A stretch of DNA of 64,000 nucleotides from Nemertoderma westbladi (lineage: Eukaryota; Animalia; Xenacoelomorpha), in NCBI GenBank assembly GCA_032718475.1, contig JAUCBJ010005018.1, positions 1-64,000 on the forward strand, read 5' to 3'. The notes beneath the pieces were generated by a model. The model saw only the letters and a list, made by a program, of their open reading frames with translations, had not been told where the DNA came from and did no database searches. The translations under genes were made by a program, and so were the position numbers. Position 1 is the first letter of the stretch; each line of letters opens with the position of its first letter. Shown here piece by piece: positions 13,180 through 28,200 of the stretch.

Positions 13180-13765
13180 TCCCAGCAACTGGCTCCCTTA
13201 CACACACATCCCCCATCTATGTACCAGCCAACTTGCAAGTTGGCCAATAAATTATCAGTATTTAATGAGAATCCATTTTTTATGCCGTTTTAATTACTTT
13301 AGATCAATTAAAGACACAATTATTAAAGCAAATCACTTGAACTAATTAAAAACTATAATAGAATGGCGTATGTGGATTACATCTGTATAATTTTTAATTA
13401 TAATTATTTAAATCTTATACTGTAAAACAATTAATTTCCTTTAAAAGGCAGGTTGAAAATGGTGTTTTCACCGTAATCAACTTAATTAACTAATTAACTG
13501 CTATTATCTTAGCTTCTCGAAGGCCACACGGAAATTCTACTTGGAAAATTTCTAAACTTTTGCCAAACAACATGTGTACCAAGTTTGGATAGATTTCATC
13601 AAAGATTGGCTGAGTTATTAACGTTTAAAATTGAACACGACAGAACGACAGAACGACAGAACGACAGAACGACAGAACGACAGAACGACAGAACGACAGG
13701 TTGATTAATGGTACCACTACGCTAAGGCTCACTCACTTCGTGGCTCGCCCCACAAGGCGGCACTA
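13180..13765 (+). mobile_element. Non-autonomous Helentron/DINE-1-like (HINE) element with internal (GACAGAAC)n
   Basis: Contains CATGTGTACCAAGTTTG...TTGGCTGAGTTAT, then about 7-8 copies of GACAGAAC (13638-13699), then a short GC-rich terminal segment (GGCTCACTCACTTCGTGGCTCGCCCC). This layout is typical of DINE-1/HINE elements. A partial second copy lies at 10882-11094. Confidence 0.55.
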
Positions 13766-14008
13766 TATTGTATTGAGGAAATAAAGATAACTTTTATATC
13801 CTGCAACTTGCAGCTGCCACTTTTAAAAATAAATAATTTAAAAGAATTACATTCTAGTGAGCTGACAGTGACCGCGTTTTATACCATGTAACTAGGAAAT
13901 TTTTTTCTTTCATATTTTCTAGAAAGAATAAAATCAATTACGGTTTAACCAACCACAATAACTGACATCTACACGCTATACATCGTACATGTACAGTACA
14001 TTTTATAA

Positions 14009-16223
14009 GAAGGGATCTAGGGGGTCTCTATGTACAGTTACAGGAAGGGATCTAGGGGGTCTCTTATGTACAGTTACTAGGGGGTCTCTATGTACAGTTA
14101 CTAGGGGGTCTCTTATGTACAGTTACTAGGGGGTCTCTATGTACAGTTACTAGGGGGTCTCTATGTACAGTTACTAGGGGGTCTCTATGTACAGTTACTA
14201 GGGGGTCTCTTATGTACAGTTACTAGGGGGTCTCTATGTACAGTTACTAGGGGTCTCTATGTACAGTTACTAGGGGGTCTCTATGTACAGTTACTAGGGG
14301 GTCTCTATGTACAGTTACTAGGGGGTCTCTATGTACAGTTACTAGGGGGTCTCTATGTACAGTTACTAGGGGGTCTCTTATGTACAGTTACTAGGGGGTC
14401 TCTATGTACAGTTACTAGGGGGTCTCTATGTACAGTTACTAGGGGGTCTCTATGTACAGTTACGAGGGGGTCTCTATGTACAGTTACTGTACTAGGGGGT
14501 CTCTATGTATAGTTACTAGGGGGTCTCTATGTACAGTTACTAGGGGGTCTCTATGTACAGTTTCTAGGGGGTCTCTATGTACAGTTACTAGGGGGTCTCT
14601 ATGTACAGTTACTAGGGGGTCTCTATGTACAGTTACTAGGGGGTCTCTATATACAGTAACTAGGGGGTCTCTATGTACAGTTACTAGGGGGTCTCTATGT
14701 ACAGTTACTAGGGGGTCTCTATGTACAGTTACTAGGGGGTCTCTATGTACAGTTACTAGGGGGTCTCTATGTACAGTTACTAGGGGGTCTCTATGTACAG
14801 TTACTAGGGGGTCTCTTATGTACAGTTACTAGGGGGTCTCTATGTACAGTTACTAGGGGGTCTCTATGTACAGTTACTAGGGGGTCTCTATGTACAGTTA
14901 CGAGGGGGTCTCTATGTACAGTTACTGTACTAGGGGGTCTCTATGTACAGTTACTAGGGGGTCTCTATGTACAGTTACTAGGGGGTCTCTATGTACAGTT
15001 ACTAGGGGGTCTCTATGTACAGTTACTAGGGGGTCTCTATGTACAGTTACTAGGGGGTCTCTATGTACAGTTACTAGGGGGTCTCTATGTACAGTAACTA
15101 GGGGGTCTCTATGTACAGTTACTAGGGGGTCTCTATGTACAGTTACTAGGGGGTCTCTATGTACAGTTACTAGGGGGTCTCTATGTACAGTTACTAGGGG
15201 GTCTCTATCTACAGTTACTAGGGGGTCTCCATGTACAGTTACTAGGGGGTCTCTATGTACAGTTACTAGGGGGTCTCTATGTACAGTTACTAGGGGGTCT
15301 CTATGTACAGTTACTAGGGTGTCTCTATGTACAGTTACAGGAAGGGATCTAGGGGGTCTCTATGTACAGTTACTAGGGGGTCTCTATGTACAGTTACTAG
15401 GGGGTCTCTATGTACAGTTACTAGGGGGTCTCTATGTACAGTTACTAGGGGGTCTCCATGTACAGTTACTAGGGGGTCTCTATGTACAGTTACTAGGGGG
15501 TCTCTATGTACAGTTACTAGGGGGTCTCTATGTACAGTTACTAGGGTGTCTCTATGTACAGTTACAGGAAGGGATATAGGGGGTCTCTATGTACAGTTAC
15601 TAGGGGGTCTCTATGTACAGTTACTAGGGGGTCTCTATGTACAGTTACTAGGGTGTCTCTATGTACAGTTACAGGAAGGGATCTAGGGGGTCTCTATGTA
15701 CAGTTACTAGGGGGTCTCTATGTACAGTTACTAGGGGGTCTCTATGTACGGTTACTAGGGGGTCTCTATGTACAGTTACTAGGGGGTCTCTATGTACAGT
15801 TACTAGGGTGTCTCTATGTACAGTTACAGGAAGGGATCTAGGGGGTCTCTATGTACAGTTACTAGGGGGTCTCTATGTACAGTTACTAGGGGGTCTCTAT
15901 GTACAGTTACTAGGGTGTCTCTATGTACAGTTACTAGGGGGTCTCTATGTACAGTTACTAGGGGGTCTCTATGTACAGTTACAGGAAGGGATCTAGGGGG
16001 TCTCTATGTACAGTTACTAGGGGGTCTCTATGTACAGTTACTAGGGGGTCTCTATGTACAGTTACTAGGGGGTCTCTATGTACAGTTACAGGAAGGGATC
16101 TAGGGGGTCTCTATGTACAGTTACTAGGGGGTCTCTATGTACAGTTACTAGGGGGTCTCTATGTACGGTTACTAGGGGGTCTCTATGTACAGTTACTAGG
16201 GGGTCTCTATGTACAGTTACAGG
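14009..16223. repeat. 24-bp minisatellite (CTAGGGGGTCTCTATGTACAGTTA), about 88 units, with a 35-bp variant (+CAGGAAGGGAT)
   Basis: Directly visible; produces the VTRGSLCT 8-aa periodicity in the ORF track. Confidence 0.98.
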
Positions 16224-18900
16224 CCCTTCGTATTCAAATTCATAGATACATTATTATTCCGTATCATTTTATTAGAGTAGCGCCTATAAGAAATTATTAA
16301 ACGCAATTACGTCCACACGCGTTTTATTATTTTATCTCCCTATCCCTTGTCTCTCAAACTTCACTATATTCATTCTCTAAAAATGTTTTACTTAATTCAC
16401 CGACAACTGGGGATTTACTTATAGAACTTTGTTTAATCCTATTGATGTTGAAGGCTGGTTTTTTTTAATCCATGAGAATGTCATAATATCTAAATTATTA
16501 ACGAGATGGAATTTTGATGAAGTTTTTGGACTTGTGTACTACCCGTGTGAATAAACGTAGTGCAGTGTATACGCTACGATCAACGATCATCATTGCGCTG
16601 TAAGCTATTAGAAATAAATACTAAATTATAATGGATTGTCTCAATTGATAATTTTTATTGATAATCAAAATGCTAATTAGTTCAGTTTGTAATGACATAA
16701 ACGGGAGTCAACAAAAGCACATGGTATAGTTTCATATTTGCTCGTAATTTCCAGTGGTTTTCTCATGGAAACATTCTAATATTGCTTTCAGCATGTAAAC
16801 CCCCTATTAATGTGCATTTTCAACACCAGTGACGTTTAGTAGACAATCAGGAATCAATGGCTACCCCCACATGTTTCTGCTCAACATCCGGTTGCAATAA
16901 AAAAAAACGATCATGCACATGGTGATCTATTCTACGATAACGACCAGACTCCAGTCTTGCCTGCGTTATGGTGATTGGTTTTTATATTACGATGTTATTG
17001 ATTGATGTTGTCCAGTGCGACATTTTTTTTAAAGTAATCATTGTAACTTATGCCATAAACAAAGCGATGTACCTTGGTCTATAAACCATCAAGGGATACG
17101 ATGCCTTCTGCATCTGCAGTTCGAGTTCATCATTGATTGTCATTAAGAAAAGTTTCTAGTGCTGCCCGGAAAAGCTGTCCTTCAGTAAGACTTGATTCTA
17201 AGAAATGTCTGATAATTTATTTAATTACTTATAGGCCTACGTATACGAAGATTATCTCCTTGGGCTATACTTGTCTAAATAATGTAGTAATCCGCAATTG
17301 AACGCCCACTGTGAATTGGCAAGTCTTATAATTTAATTATTTACTGTTACATCTATTTATACTACCGGTACTAGCTCTATATGATCTAATGATCTAATCC
17401 CTATTTTGGCGCCAGACAGCTCGTCAGCACAAATTTAATTCGGGTTATTACACCCACGTGGTATATAAATCAAAATTATTACTGTTACTCGAATAAATGA
17501 TGCGAAAGCTGAACAAAAATATGGGGCACACATTGTAATTCTGCAGTAGACCAGAGAAGTTGGAGAATTGAGACATTTTTTAGAGAATTAATTCTCCAGT
17601 TCAAATATGTCAAAATGATTTATCATTGTTTTTTCCCAATAAAAATAGTATGGCGTGATTGTGAAATTCTACCCGGTTGTAGTGTTATTAGCCATTTGAC
17701 ACAGTAGTACGATGTACGTACCGATACAATACGATACTATCTGCTGAGATGATAGATTTCTCGTAATGCCATCCGGCGCATTCACTAATAGCTACACGAT
17801 CAACATCCTGTCTTGAAATTCATTTCCCAGGGGTGTTAGGAGAGTTAATCTAAACAGCATCGGCTAACATAAACGTAATTTGTCTTGAAATTGATTTGTG
17901 GTCTTTTGATGTTATTTCAACAACGTTCAACAATTACAAATCCAATTTGGTAAAGTTACAGTTGAACTTAAAATAATACTCTCGTGTGTCTGTCTACCGA
18001 ACATACTGATATTGGTGATCTGTCAAGTAATAAAGTTAATTACGGCATCGCATGTTGTACTCTATGGGATCTTCTCCGTAGTGATTTATTCAAATAACTT
18101 GAAAAAAATGTTTTACCTGTATGTAATTATCTTTACAATCGGCCATGTTGCCAGAGGCAACAAAGACCAGATCATAAACACAGGTTGTGCTTAATCAGGA
18201 GACTCGCCTTTAGACTATTCCAAAGATCGCCAGTAGAAGATTCACTGACTTGTTATTATTTAATCAAGATCAGTCCATTCATGTATTGACCCTTTAAATA
18301 AATCTTTATATAATTTGATATACATGCTGTGCTCCTCGGAGGTGCGAACGAATGTAACTCGAAGAAATAACAATTGAAATGCAATGGAATTATTGTTGGT
18401 TAAATACCTCTACATGGATACGTAACAAAGTCCCATTCATATTTAATTCTAATCTAATGGACTTCCGTTAATTTACGAAATTAAAAACATTACAGTTAAG
18501 CAATAAAATTCAGATTTAATGGATTTTACTCTTGGAGACGTTTAACAATTTCCGGGTCTCGATCGCTTCTAAGTTATAATCCCCATGACCCGTAACGCAG
18601 TATCTACCGCGAGTGTTGTTCAGACATACCACCTTAAAATGTTCATTTCCATTTTTTTGAAATTTATATTATTAAACAACAATTATTTTTGTCGGGTGTG
18701 GTTGTCGGTTTGTCGCCGTAACGTTTAGACCACGATCTCGAAGAATACCATGTTTTCATTTTTCGGTGGGAATTATATTAGACTCTCCCTAATCGTTATT
18801 ATAATCATAATCGGCACGTTATTTTAAACCAAAACAATAAACTAAACACAATAGAACATGTTACAGTTTTATTTTTGAGAGTAATCAGCTGTTATTTGCG

Positions 18901-18968
18901 TCGAATTTCCCCTGGAGAGGATGGATTTTTATTGTGTCGAAAGTCCCCCCCTCCTCCCCCCTATCTGA
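18901..18968 (+). repeat. Short dispersed repeat also present at positions 1-58
   Basis: CGA.TTTCCCCTGGAGAG..AT...TTTT..TTG..TCGAA...CCCCCCTATCTGA occurs at both sites. Confidence 0.55.
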
Positions 18969-21099
18969 TTTTACTATAAATAAATCTTAGTTTGTGAAGT
19001 TGATATTAAGTTATATCTTCTAACAGTGCAATGAACGACTGAAACAATTGAGAAAGTAATTGTACCTTTATTAGAACTTGTGAACTTGTCAAGTGGGTTT
19101 TGTCACCGTTTCTCTTATGGTCTAGTTAGCCCATGCAGCTGCCGTTGGTGTATAGAAGCCAATTTGCTGTAGGCCTCTTACTGTATGGTTGTGCACACAG
19201 CAGGATGCTAGGCAGGCATGGTTTTGTAGCACAATACAATGGTAATTTAATAAATGGATCATTGTACAATGTCAAATCTATGCCACATCTTATTCTCAAA
19301 ACCCAGCGCAGGCAAGCAGGCACGGCAGAAGCGTCTCGCCGATCAGGGGGACAGACCAGGTTGTGATGATCTTGTTAATGATTGGATAATTCATAAGAAT
19401 CGGGGATTTACATGATTGAGAAGGTCTGATCGCAAAATATGGAAGTATTGCATTATAGATAGAGGCGGGTGGCAAACTATGTCTATTGCTTGGCGTTGGC
19501 TGATGTATTGTATGTATGTTGGCATTTACTATCGAGTAATAATTGATGTTTATATTGATGTATTATCTCTTCTATAGGTCTACTTACGATATTATGAATC
19601 ATGTTTGAATAAAAATGAGCTGGTGAAGTTTATTAAACAACACTGGCAGTAAATTAACAGTGGAACAGTGTATTATGACAATTGTGCTCCATCAGACATT
19701 GTTGAACTTTCCTGTCTTATAGATAGATATCCACAATAGCCTTAAGGGCATTTCTTTAGGTAGAGGCCGCTTTACCATATAGAAAGTCGTTCATTGTCGT
19801 AAGCTGTTTCATTTTTCTTAACAACTAACTGGTGCAATTTGTGGAGTGATATTCGATCGATTGAAATGAAGCCGACTTTGCTCAGCTCTCTCCAATACGA
19901 CAATAATTGTAATGATATATTAAGCCGCTCTTTTGTCCATAGAACCATAAGCGTAACACTAATAATGCGAACTTAAATTGCAACCTTAGTTGTTGCGACA
20001 CTGGTAAGCTAAATAACTTATTATTAACTCAATATTAATTCATTCTTTAAATTATGCAAAACTTAATTAACAATACATGAAACAATCCGCATCTTATTTA
20101 AGAGAAAAGCTCCATGCGTGAATTACTTTGGAGGGAAAGCCGTCCTCAGAAAATGCTGTATGTCTGTCCTCGATTGGTCGGTCTATCTGGCCATCAATTA
20201 TGCTTCCTTTACTTCCTAATCCGGTTATCATCATCGTGAACAGTGATCTAATAATATAATAGTACTATGTATTTCAGAAGGGGTAAAATCCCCGTTAAAA
20301 TAGGACTGGTAACACACCAGAGGGGTGGGGGGGGGGGGGGGGGTCTATTTAAGGAAATCCCATCTCCACCAATTAAGATCCCGTTAACAATGTTAATTAC
20401 AAAATGTAGAGAAAGGAACAGGTTACAGTCGCATATAATTCTAAAACTAATTCAATAAACTATAGTCCAATTTTCAAAATACAGTTTAATGTTTGTTCGT
20501 AACTTTTCTTTGAGGCGTCTTTCCTACAGAGAGGGCTGAATTTTGATCGCTAAGGCAAGAAAATAGATCTTATATGCGAAGTTTGTTCCAATGGCTGCGA
20601 ACTTTATTCCAAAACTTATTTTGCGAACTTTGTTTCAATAAAATTAACAATTGCGAAACTCTTGTCAATAAGCTGTACAGTCTAGCCCTATCTACATCCC
20701 CATTTCTCACTTATGCTCCTATAAGTTCCAATATAAAATTATGTTTATGATTTATGTTTATTACGCTTAAACAGCATAAAGGTGATACACAGAAGCACAG
20801 CTGCTAGTGCTTTAAACTTGTACCTACCGAATCGCAAAGCTTTTGAAACAGGTACTTTTATTTTTAATGGTATTTAAAAAAAAATTATAACACAAGGTCT
20901 AATCAAATAAAAAAACTTAGACAATCAACATTCATTTAAAGCGACAATAAAATCTTAACTCCGTGTACTGTGAGTGTGGTGTGCAGTGTAAAAATAAGTA
21001 TAATATTACTAATTTCATATGTATCTATAATTTAATGTAAAGTTATACTTGAAACTATATATACCTTATGTTACGGTATATAATAGTTTCAGATCGTAT

Positions 21100-21390
21100 T
21101 TGTGTATTTTATCTGTAACCCAGTAACATAAATGACCCTCTTAGAAATAAGCTACAAAGATTCAGGGGTAATCCGATATATTATGTGGGACAAATCTATT
21201 TACATTGTCTATTGAATTATTACTTATTGACTTCGTAAATGTTTACATTATGATAATAAATATGATAATAATGATAATAATGATAATAAAATAATGCTTT
21301 TATGATAATAAAAGCGCTTTGAGTATGCTGAGCGTAGAAAAGCGCTATATAAATAACCTATTAACCTACTAACCTTATTATTATTACATT
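21100..21390 (+). mobile_element. Two adjacent L2-like/SINE 3' tails with an (ATAATG)n stretch between them
   Basis: GACCCTCTTAGAAATAAGC...GGGGTAATCC at about 21135-21175. AAAGCGCTTTGAGTATGC...AAAAGCGCTATATAAAT...TTATTATTATTA at about 21310-21386 is the same tail type as at 3395-3443. Confidence 0.55.
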
Positions 21391-22223
21391 ATGTTTTTCA
21401 TATGATAAATACATGGTTATTCATTACATTAGTTGAACTATATCAATCTTTTTAACCATTTATTATTCACGTTCAATACCTACCTGAGACCACGTTGGTA
21501 CATCAAAATTCCTTGATTTATAAATTATATTGTAATTATGTGATGAGTGATATCATTTGTTAAATATGTCGTCTTAGAGTTTGTAAATAAATTTAGAAAT
21601 CCCTTGCATTATTGATGAATAAAATTTATGATTTTATGCTCAAATACTATCTATGTTCTTAATGAATTTTAACCGTCATACAATGAATATGACATATTGA
21701 ATATATATAGAAAATGGTTTTAATAAAGACCTTTGTTATCAGAATATCCGGATTAACCTATTATATATGGATGAGAAACCATTTATCGTTCTTATTGTAT
21801 TTGTTAACTGTGATATTTTGGCAACAGCTGGCTGGATATAATGAGCATGATACATGTCCAGCTCGAGATTCCATAAGACACGATTCAATTATATATCTTC
21901 CCATCACACTGAATAATTAAATTCTAATTATACGAATTTAATATTAGAGAAAGCAAAGTTGAACGCGTGAGAAAATTAATAATTGGATTTCTATGAATGA
22001 GTTTTGGTCTTAGGCCCTATTTGCACATATGAGCTATTGAGCTTCCATATTTCAACACCCATATTCAATCTTTCATCTTTCAAAAGGTCTCAATTCACGC
22101 ATGAGCTTTCTTTTCTTACTTTATAATGGATGAAGATATCACTGATGTGTTTGTTGTTTACCTAAAGTATAAGTAGGATGCGAGAGGAAGGGTGTAGATT
22201 TTGAATTCATCCAATTAATCAAG

Positions 22224-25200
22224 AAAGAGGAACGCATGGAGCGATAGGTAGAGCGATAGGTAGAGTTCCAACAAAGAGGATCGCATGGAGCGATAGGTAC
22301 AGTTCCAACAAAGAGGAACGCACGGAGCGATAGGCAGAGTTCCAACAAAGAGGAACGCACGGAGTGATAGGTAGAGTTCCAACAAAGAGGATCGCATGGA
22401 GCGATAGGTAGAGTCAACAAAGAGGAACGCACGGAGCGATAGGTAGAGTCAACAAAGAGGAACGCACGGAGAGATGGTAAAGTTTATTAGAGTTATACAA
22501 AGAAGATCGCATGGAGCAATAGGTAGAGTCAACAAAGAGGAACGCATGGAGCAATAGGTAGAGTCAACAAAGAGGAATGCATGGAGCGATAGGTAGAATT
22601 TATTATGAGTTATACAAAGAGGATCGCATGGAGCAATAGGTAGAGTCAACAAAGAGGAACGCATGGAGCAATAGGTAGAGTCAACAAAGAGGAATGCATG
22701 GAGCGATAGGTAGAGTTTATTATGAGTTATACAAAGAGGATCGCACGGAGCGATAGGTAGAATTTATTATGAGTTATACAAAGAGGATCGCACGGAGCGA
22801 TAGGTAGAATTTATTATGAGTTATACAAAGAGGAACGCACGGACCGATAGGTAGAGTTTATTATGAGTTATACAAAGAGGATCGCACGGAGCGATAGGTA
22901 GAATTTATTATGAGTTATACAAAGAGGATCGCACGGACCGATAGGTAGAGTTTATTATGAGTTATACAAAGAGGATCGCACGGAGCGATAGGTAGAGTTT
23001 ATTATGAGTTATACAAAGAGGATCGCATGGAGCAATAGGTAGAGTCAACAAAGAGGAACGCACGGAGCGATGGGTAGAATTTATTATGAGTTATACAAAG
23101 AGGATCGCACGGACCGATAGGTAGAGTTTATTATGAGTTATACAAAGAGGATCGCACGGAGCGATAGGTAGAGTTTATTATGAGTTATACAAAGAGGATC
23201 GCATGGAGCAATAGGTAGAGTCAACAAAGAGGAACGCACGGAGCGATGGGTAGAGTTTATTATGAGTTATACAAAGAGGATCGCATGGAGCGATAGGTAG
23301 AGTTTATTATGAGTTATACAAAGAGGATCTCATGGAGCAATAGGTAGAGTCAACAAAGAGGAACGCATGGAGCGATAGGTAGAGTTTATTATGAATTATA
23401 CAAAGAGGATCGCCCAGAGCGATAGGTAGAGTTTATTATGAGTTATACAAAGAGGATCGCATGGAGCAATAGGTAGAGTTTATTATGAGTTATACAAAGA
23501 GGATCGCATGGAGCGATAGGTAGAGTTTATTATGAGTTATACAAAGAGGATCTCATGGAGCAATAGGTAGAGTCAACAAAGAGGAACGCACGGAGCGATA
23601 GGTAGAGTTTATTATGAGTTATACAAAGAGGATCGCATGGAGCGATAGGTAGAGTTTATTATGAATTATACAAAGAGGATCGCACGGAGCGATAGGTAGA
23701 GTCAACAAAGAGGAACGCACGGAGCGATGGGTAGAGTCAACAAAGAGGAACGCACGGAGCGATAGGTAGAGTTTATTATGAATTATACAAAGAGGAACGC
23801 ACGGAGCGATAGGTAGAGTCAACAAAGAGGAACGCACGGAGCGATAGGTAGAGTTTATTATGAGTTATACAAAGAGGAACGCACGGAGCGATAGGTAGAG
23901 TTTATTATGAATTATACAAAGAGGAACGCACGGAGCGATAGGTAGAGTCAACAAAGAGGAACGCACGGAGCGATAGGTAGAGTTTATTATGAGTTATACA
24001 AAGAGGAACGCACGGAGCGATAGGTAGAGTTTATTATGAATTATACAAAGAGGATCGCACGGAGCGATAGGTAGAGTTTATTATGAATTATACAAAGAGG
24101 ATCGCACGGAGCGATAGGTAGAGTCAACAAAGAGGAACGCACGGAGCGATGGGTAGAGTCAACAAAGAGGAACGCACGGAGCGATAGGTAGAGTTTATTA
24201 TGAATTATACAAAGAGGAACGCACGGAGCGATAGGTAGAGTCAACAAAGAGGAACGCACGGAGCGATAGGTAGAGTTTATTATGAGTTATACAAAGAGGA
24301 TCGCACGGAGCGATAGGTAGAGTTTATTATGAGTTATACAAAGAGGATCGCACGGAGCGATAGGTAGAGTTTATTATGAGTTATACAAAGAGGATCGCAC
24401 GGAGCGATAGGTAGAGTCAACAAAGAGGAACGCACGGAGCGATAGGTAGAGTTTATTATGAGTTATACAAAGAGGATCGCACGGAGCGATAGGTAGAGTT
24501 TATTATGAGTTATACAAAGAGGATCGCACGGAGCGATAGGTAGAGTTTATTATGAGTTATACAAAGAGGATCGCACGGAGCGATAGGTAGAGTCAACAAA
24601 GAGGAACGCACGGAGCGATGGGTAGAGTCAACAAAGAGGAACGCACGGAGCGATAGGTAGAGTTTATTATGAATTATACAAAGAGGAACGCACGGAGCGA
24701 TAGGTAGAGTCAACAAAGAGGAACGCATGGAGCAATAGGTAGAGTCAACAAAGAGGAACGCACGGAGCGATAGGTAGAGTTTATTATGAGTTATACAAAG
24801 AGGATCGCACGGAGCGATAGGTAGAGTTTATTATGAGTTATACAAAGAGGATCGCACGGAGCGATAGGTAGAGTCAACAAAGAGGAACGCACGGAGCGAT
24901 GGGTAGAGTCAACAAAGAGGAACGCACGGAGCGATAGGTAGAGTTTATTATGAATTATACAAAGAGGAACGCACGGAGCGATAGGTAGAGTCAACAAAGA
25001 GGAACGCATGGAGCAATAGGTAGAGTCAACAAAGAGGAACGCACGGAGCGATAGGTAGAGTTTATTATGAGTTATACAAAGAGGATCGCACGGAGCGATA
25101 GGTAGAGTTTATTATGAGTTATACAAAGAGGATCGCACGGAGCGATAGGTAGAGTCAACAAAGAGGAACGCATGGAGCAATAGGTAGAGTCAACAAAGAG

Positions 25201-28200
25201 GAACGCACGGAGCGATAGGTAGAGTTTATTATGAGTTATACAAAGAGGATCGCACGGAGCGATAGGTAGAGTCAACAAAGAGGAACGCATGGAGCAATAG
25301 GTAGAGTCAACAAAGAGGAACGCACGGAGCGATAGGTAGAGTTTATTATGAGTTATACAAAGAGGATCGCACGGAGCGATAGGTAGAGTTTATTATGAGT
25401 TATACAAAGAGGATCGCACGGAGCGATAGGTAGAGTCAACAAAGAGGAACGCACGGAGCGATGGGTAGAGTCAACAAAGAGGAACGCACGGAGCGATAGG
25501 TAGAGTTTATTATGAATTATACAAAGAGGAACGCACGGAGCGATAGGTAGAGTCAACAAAGAGGAACGCACGGAGCGATAGGTAGAGTTTATTATGAGTT
25601 ATACAAAGAGGATCGCACGGAGCGATAGGTAGAGTTTATTATGAGTTATACAAAGAGGATCGCACGGAGCGATAGGTAGAGTTTATTATGAATTATACAA
25701 AGAGGAACGCACGGAGCGATAGGTAGAGTCAACAAAGAGGAACGCACGGAGCGATAGGTAGAGTTTATTATGAGTTATACAAAGAGGATCGCACGGAGCG
25801 ATAGGTAGAGTTTATTATGAATTATACAAAGAGGAACGCACGGAGCGATAGGTAGAGTCAACAAAGAGGAACGCACGGAGCGATAGGTAGAGTTTATTAT
25901 GAGTTATACAAAGAGGATCGCACGGAGCGATAGGTAGAGTTTATTATGAGTTATACAAAGAGGATCGCACGGAGCGATAGGTAGAGTTTATTATGAGTTA
26001 TACAAAGAGGATCGCACGGAGCGATAGGTAGAGTTTATTATGAGTTATACAAAGAGGATCGCATGGAGCAATAGGTAGAGTCAACAAAGAGGAACGCACG
26101 GAGCGATAGGTAGAGTTTATTATGAGTTATACAAAGAGGATCGCACGGAGCGATAGGTAGAGTTTATTATGAGTTATACAAAGAGGATCGCATGGAGCAA
26201 TAGGTAGAGTCAACAAAGAGGAACGCACGGAGCGATAGGTAGAGTTTATTATGAGTTATACAAAGAGGATCGCATGGAGCAATAGGTAGAGTCAACAAAG
26301 AGGAACGCACGGAGCGATAGGTAGAGTTTATTATGAGTTATACAAAGAGGATCGCACGGAGCGATAGGTAGAGTTTATTATGAGTTATACAAAGAGGATC
26401 GCACGGAGCGATAGGTAGAGTTTATTATGAATTATACAAAGAGGAACGCACGGAGCGATAGGTAGAGTCAACAAAGAGGAACGCACGGAGCGATAGGTAG
26501 AGTTTATTATGAGTTATACAAAGAGGAACGCACGGAGCGATAGGTAGAGTTTATTATGAATTATACAAAGAGGAACGCACGGAGCGATAGGTAGAGTCAA
26601 CAAAGAGGAACGCACGGAGCGATAGGTAGAGTTTATTATGAGTTATACAAAGAGGATCGCACGGAGCGATAGGTAGAGTTTATTATGAATTATACAAAGA
26701 GGAACGCACGGAGCGATAGGTAGAGTCAACAAAGAGGAACGCACGGAGCGATAGGTAGAGTTTATTATGAGTTATACAAAGAGGATCGCACGGAGCGATA
26801 GGTAGAGTTTATTATGAATTATACAAAGAGGAACGCACGGAGCGATAGGTAGAGTCAACAAAGAGGAACGCACGGAGCGATAGGTAGAGTTTATTATGAG
26901 TTATACAAAGAGGATCGCACGGAGCGATAGGTAGAGTTTATTATGAGTTATACAAAGAGGATCGCACGGAGCGATAGGTAGAGTTTATTATGAGTTATAC
27001 AAAGAGGATCGCACGGAGCGATAGGTAGAGTTTATTATGAGTTATACAAAGAGGATCGCATGGAGCAATAGGTAGAGTCAACAAAGAGGAACGCACGGAG
27101 CGATAGGTAGAGTTTATTATGAGTTATACAAAGAGGATCGCATGGAGCGATAGGTAGAGTTTATTATGAATTATACAAAGAGGAACGCACGGAGCGATAG
27201 GTAGAGTCAACAAAGAGGAACGCACGGAGCGATAGGTAGAGTTTATTATGAGTTATACAAAGAGGATCGCATGGAGCAATAGGTAGAGTCAACAAAGAGG
27301 ATCGCACGGAGCGATAGGTAGAGTTTATTATGAATTATACAAAGAGGAACGCACGGAGCGATAGGTAGAGTTTATTATGAGTTATACAAAGAGGATCGCA
27401 CGGAGCGATAGGTAGAGTTTATTATGAGTTATACAAAGAGGATCGCACGGAGCGATAGGTAGAGTTTATTATGAGTTATACAAAGAGGAACGCACGGAGC
27501 GATAGGTAGAGTCAACAAAGAGGATCGCACGGAGCGATAGGTAGAGTTTATTATGAGTTATACAAAGAGGATCGCACGGAGCGATAGGTAGAGTTTATTA
27601 TGAATTATACAAAGAGGAACGCACGGAGCGATAGGTAGAGTTTATTATGAGTTATACAAAGAGGATCGCACGGAGCGATAGGTAGAGTTTATTATGAGTT
27701 ATACAAAGAGGATCGCACGGAGCGATAGGTAGAGTTTATTATGAGTTATACAAAGAGGAACGCACGGAGCGATAGGTAGAGTCAACAAAGAGGAACGCAC
27801 GGAGCGATGGGTAGAATTTATTATGAGTTATACAAAGAGGATCGCACGGAGCGATAGGTAGAGTCAACAAAGAGGAACGCACGGAGCGATGGGTAGAATT
27901 TATTATGAGTTATACAAAGAGGAACGCACGGAGCGATAGGTAGAGTTTATTATGAATTATACAAAGAGGAACGCACGGAGCGATAGGTAGAGTCAACAAA
28001 GAGGAACGCACGGAGCGATAGGTAGAGTTTATTATGAATTATACAAAGAGGAACGCACGGAGCGATAGGTAGAGTCAACAAAGAGGAACGCACGGAGCGA
28101 TAGGTAGAGTTTATTATGAATTATACAAAGAGGAACGCACGGAGCGATAGGTAGAGTCAACAAAGAGGAACGCACGGAGCGATGGGTAGAATTTATTATG

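Noticed and set aside
14452-16300. VTRGSLCT and GGLYVQLL repeat ORFs
   Set aside because: Artefacts of the 24-bp minisatellite; frames are broken at random by length variants.
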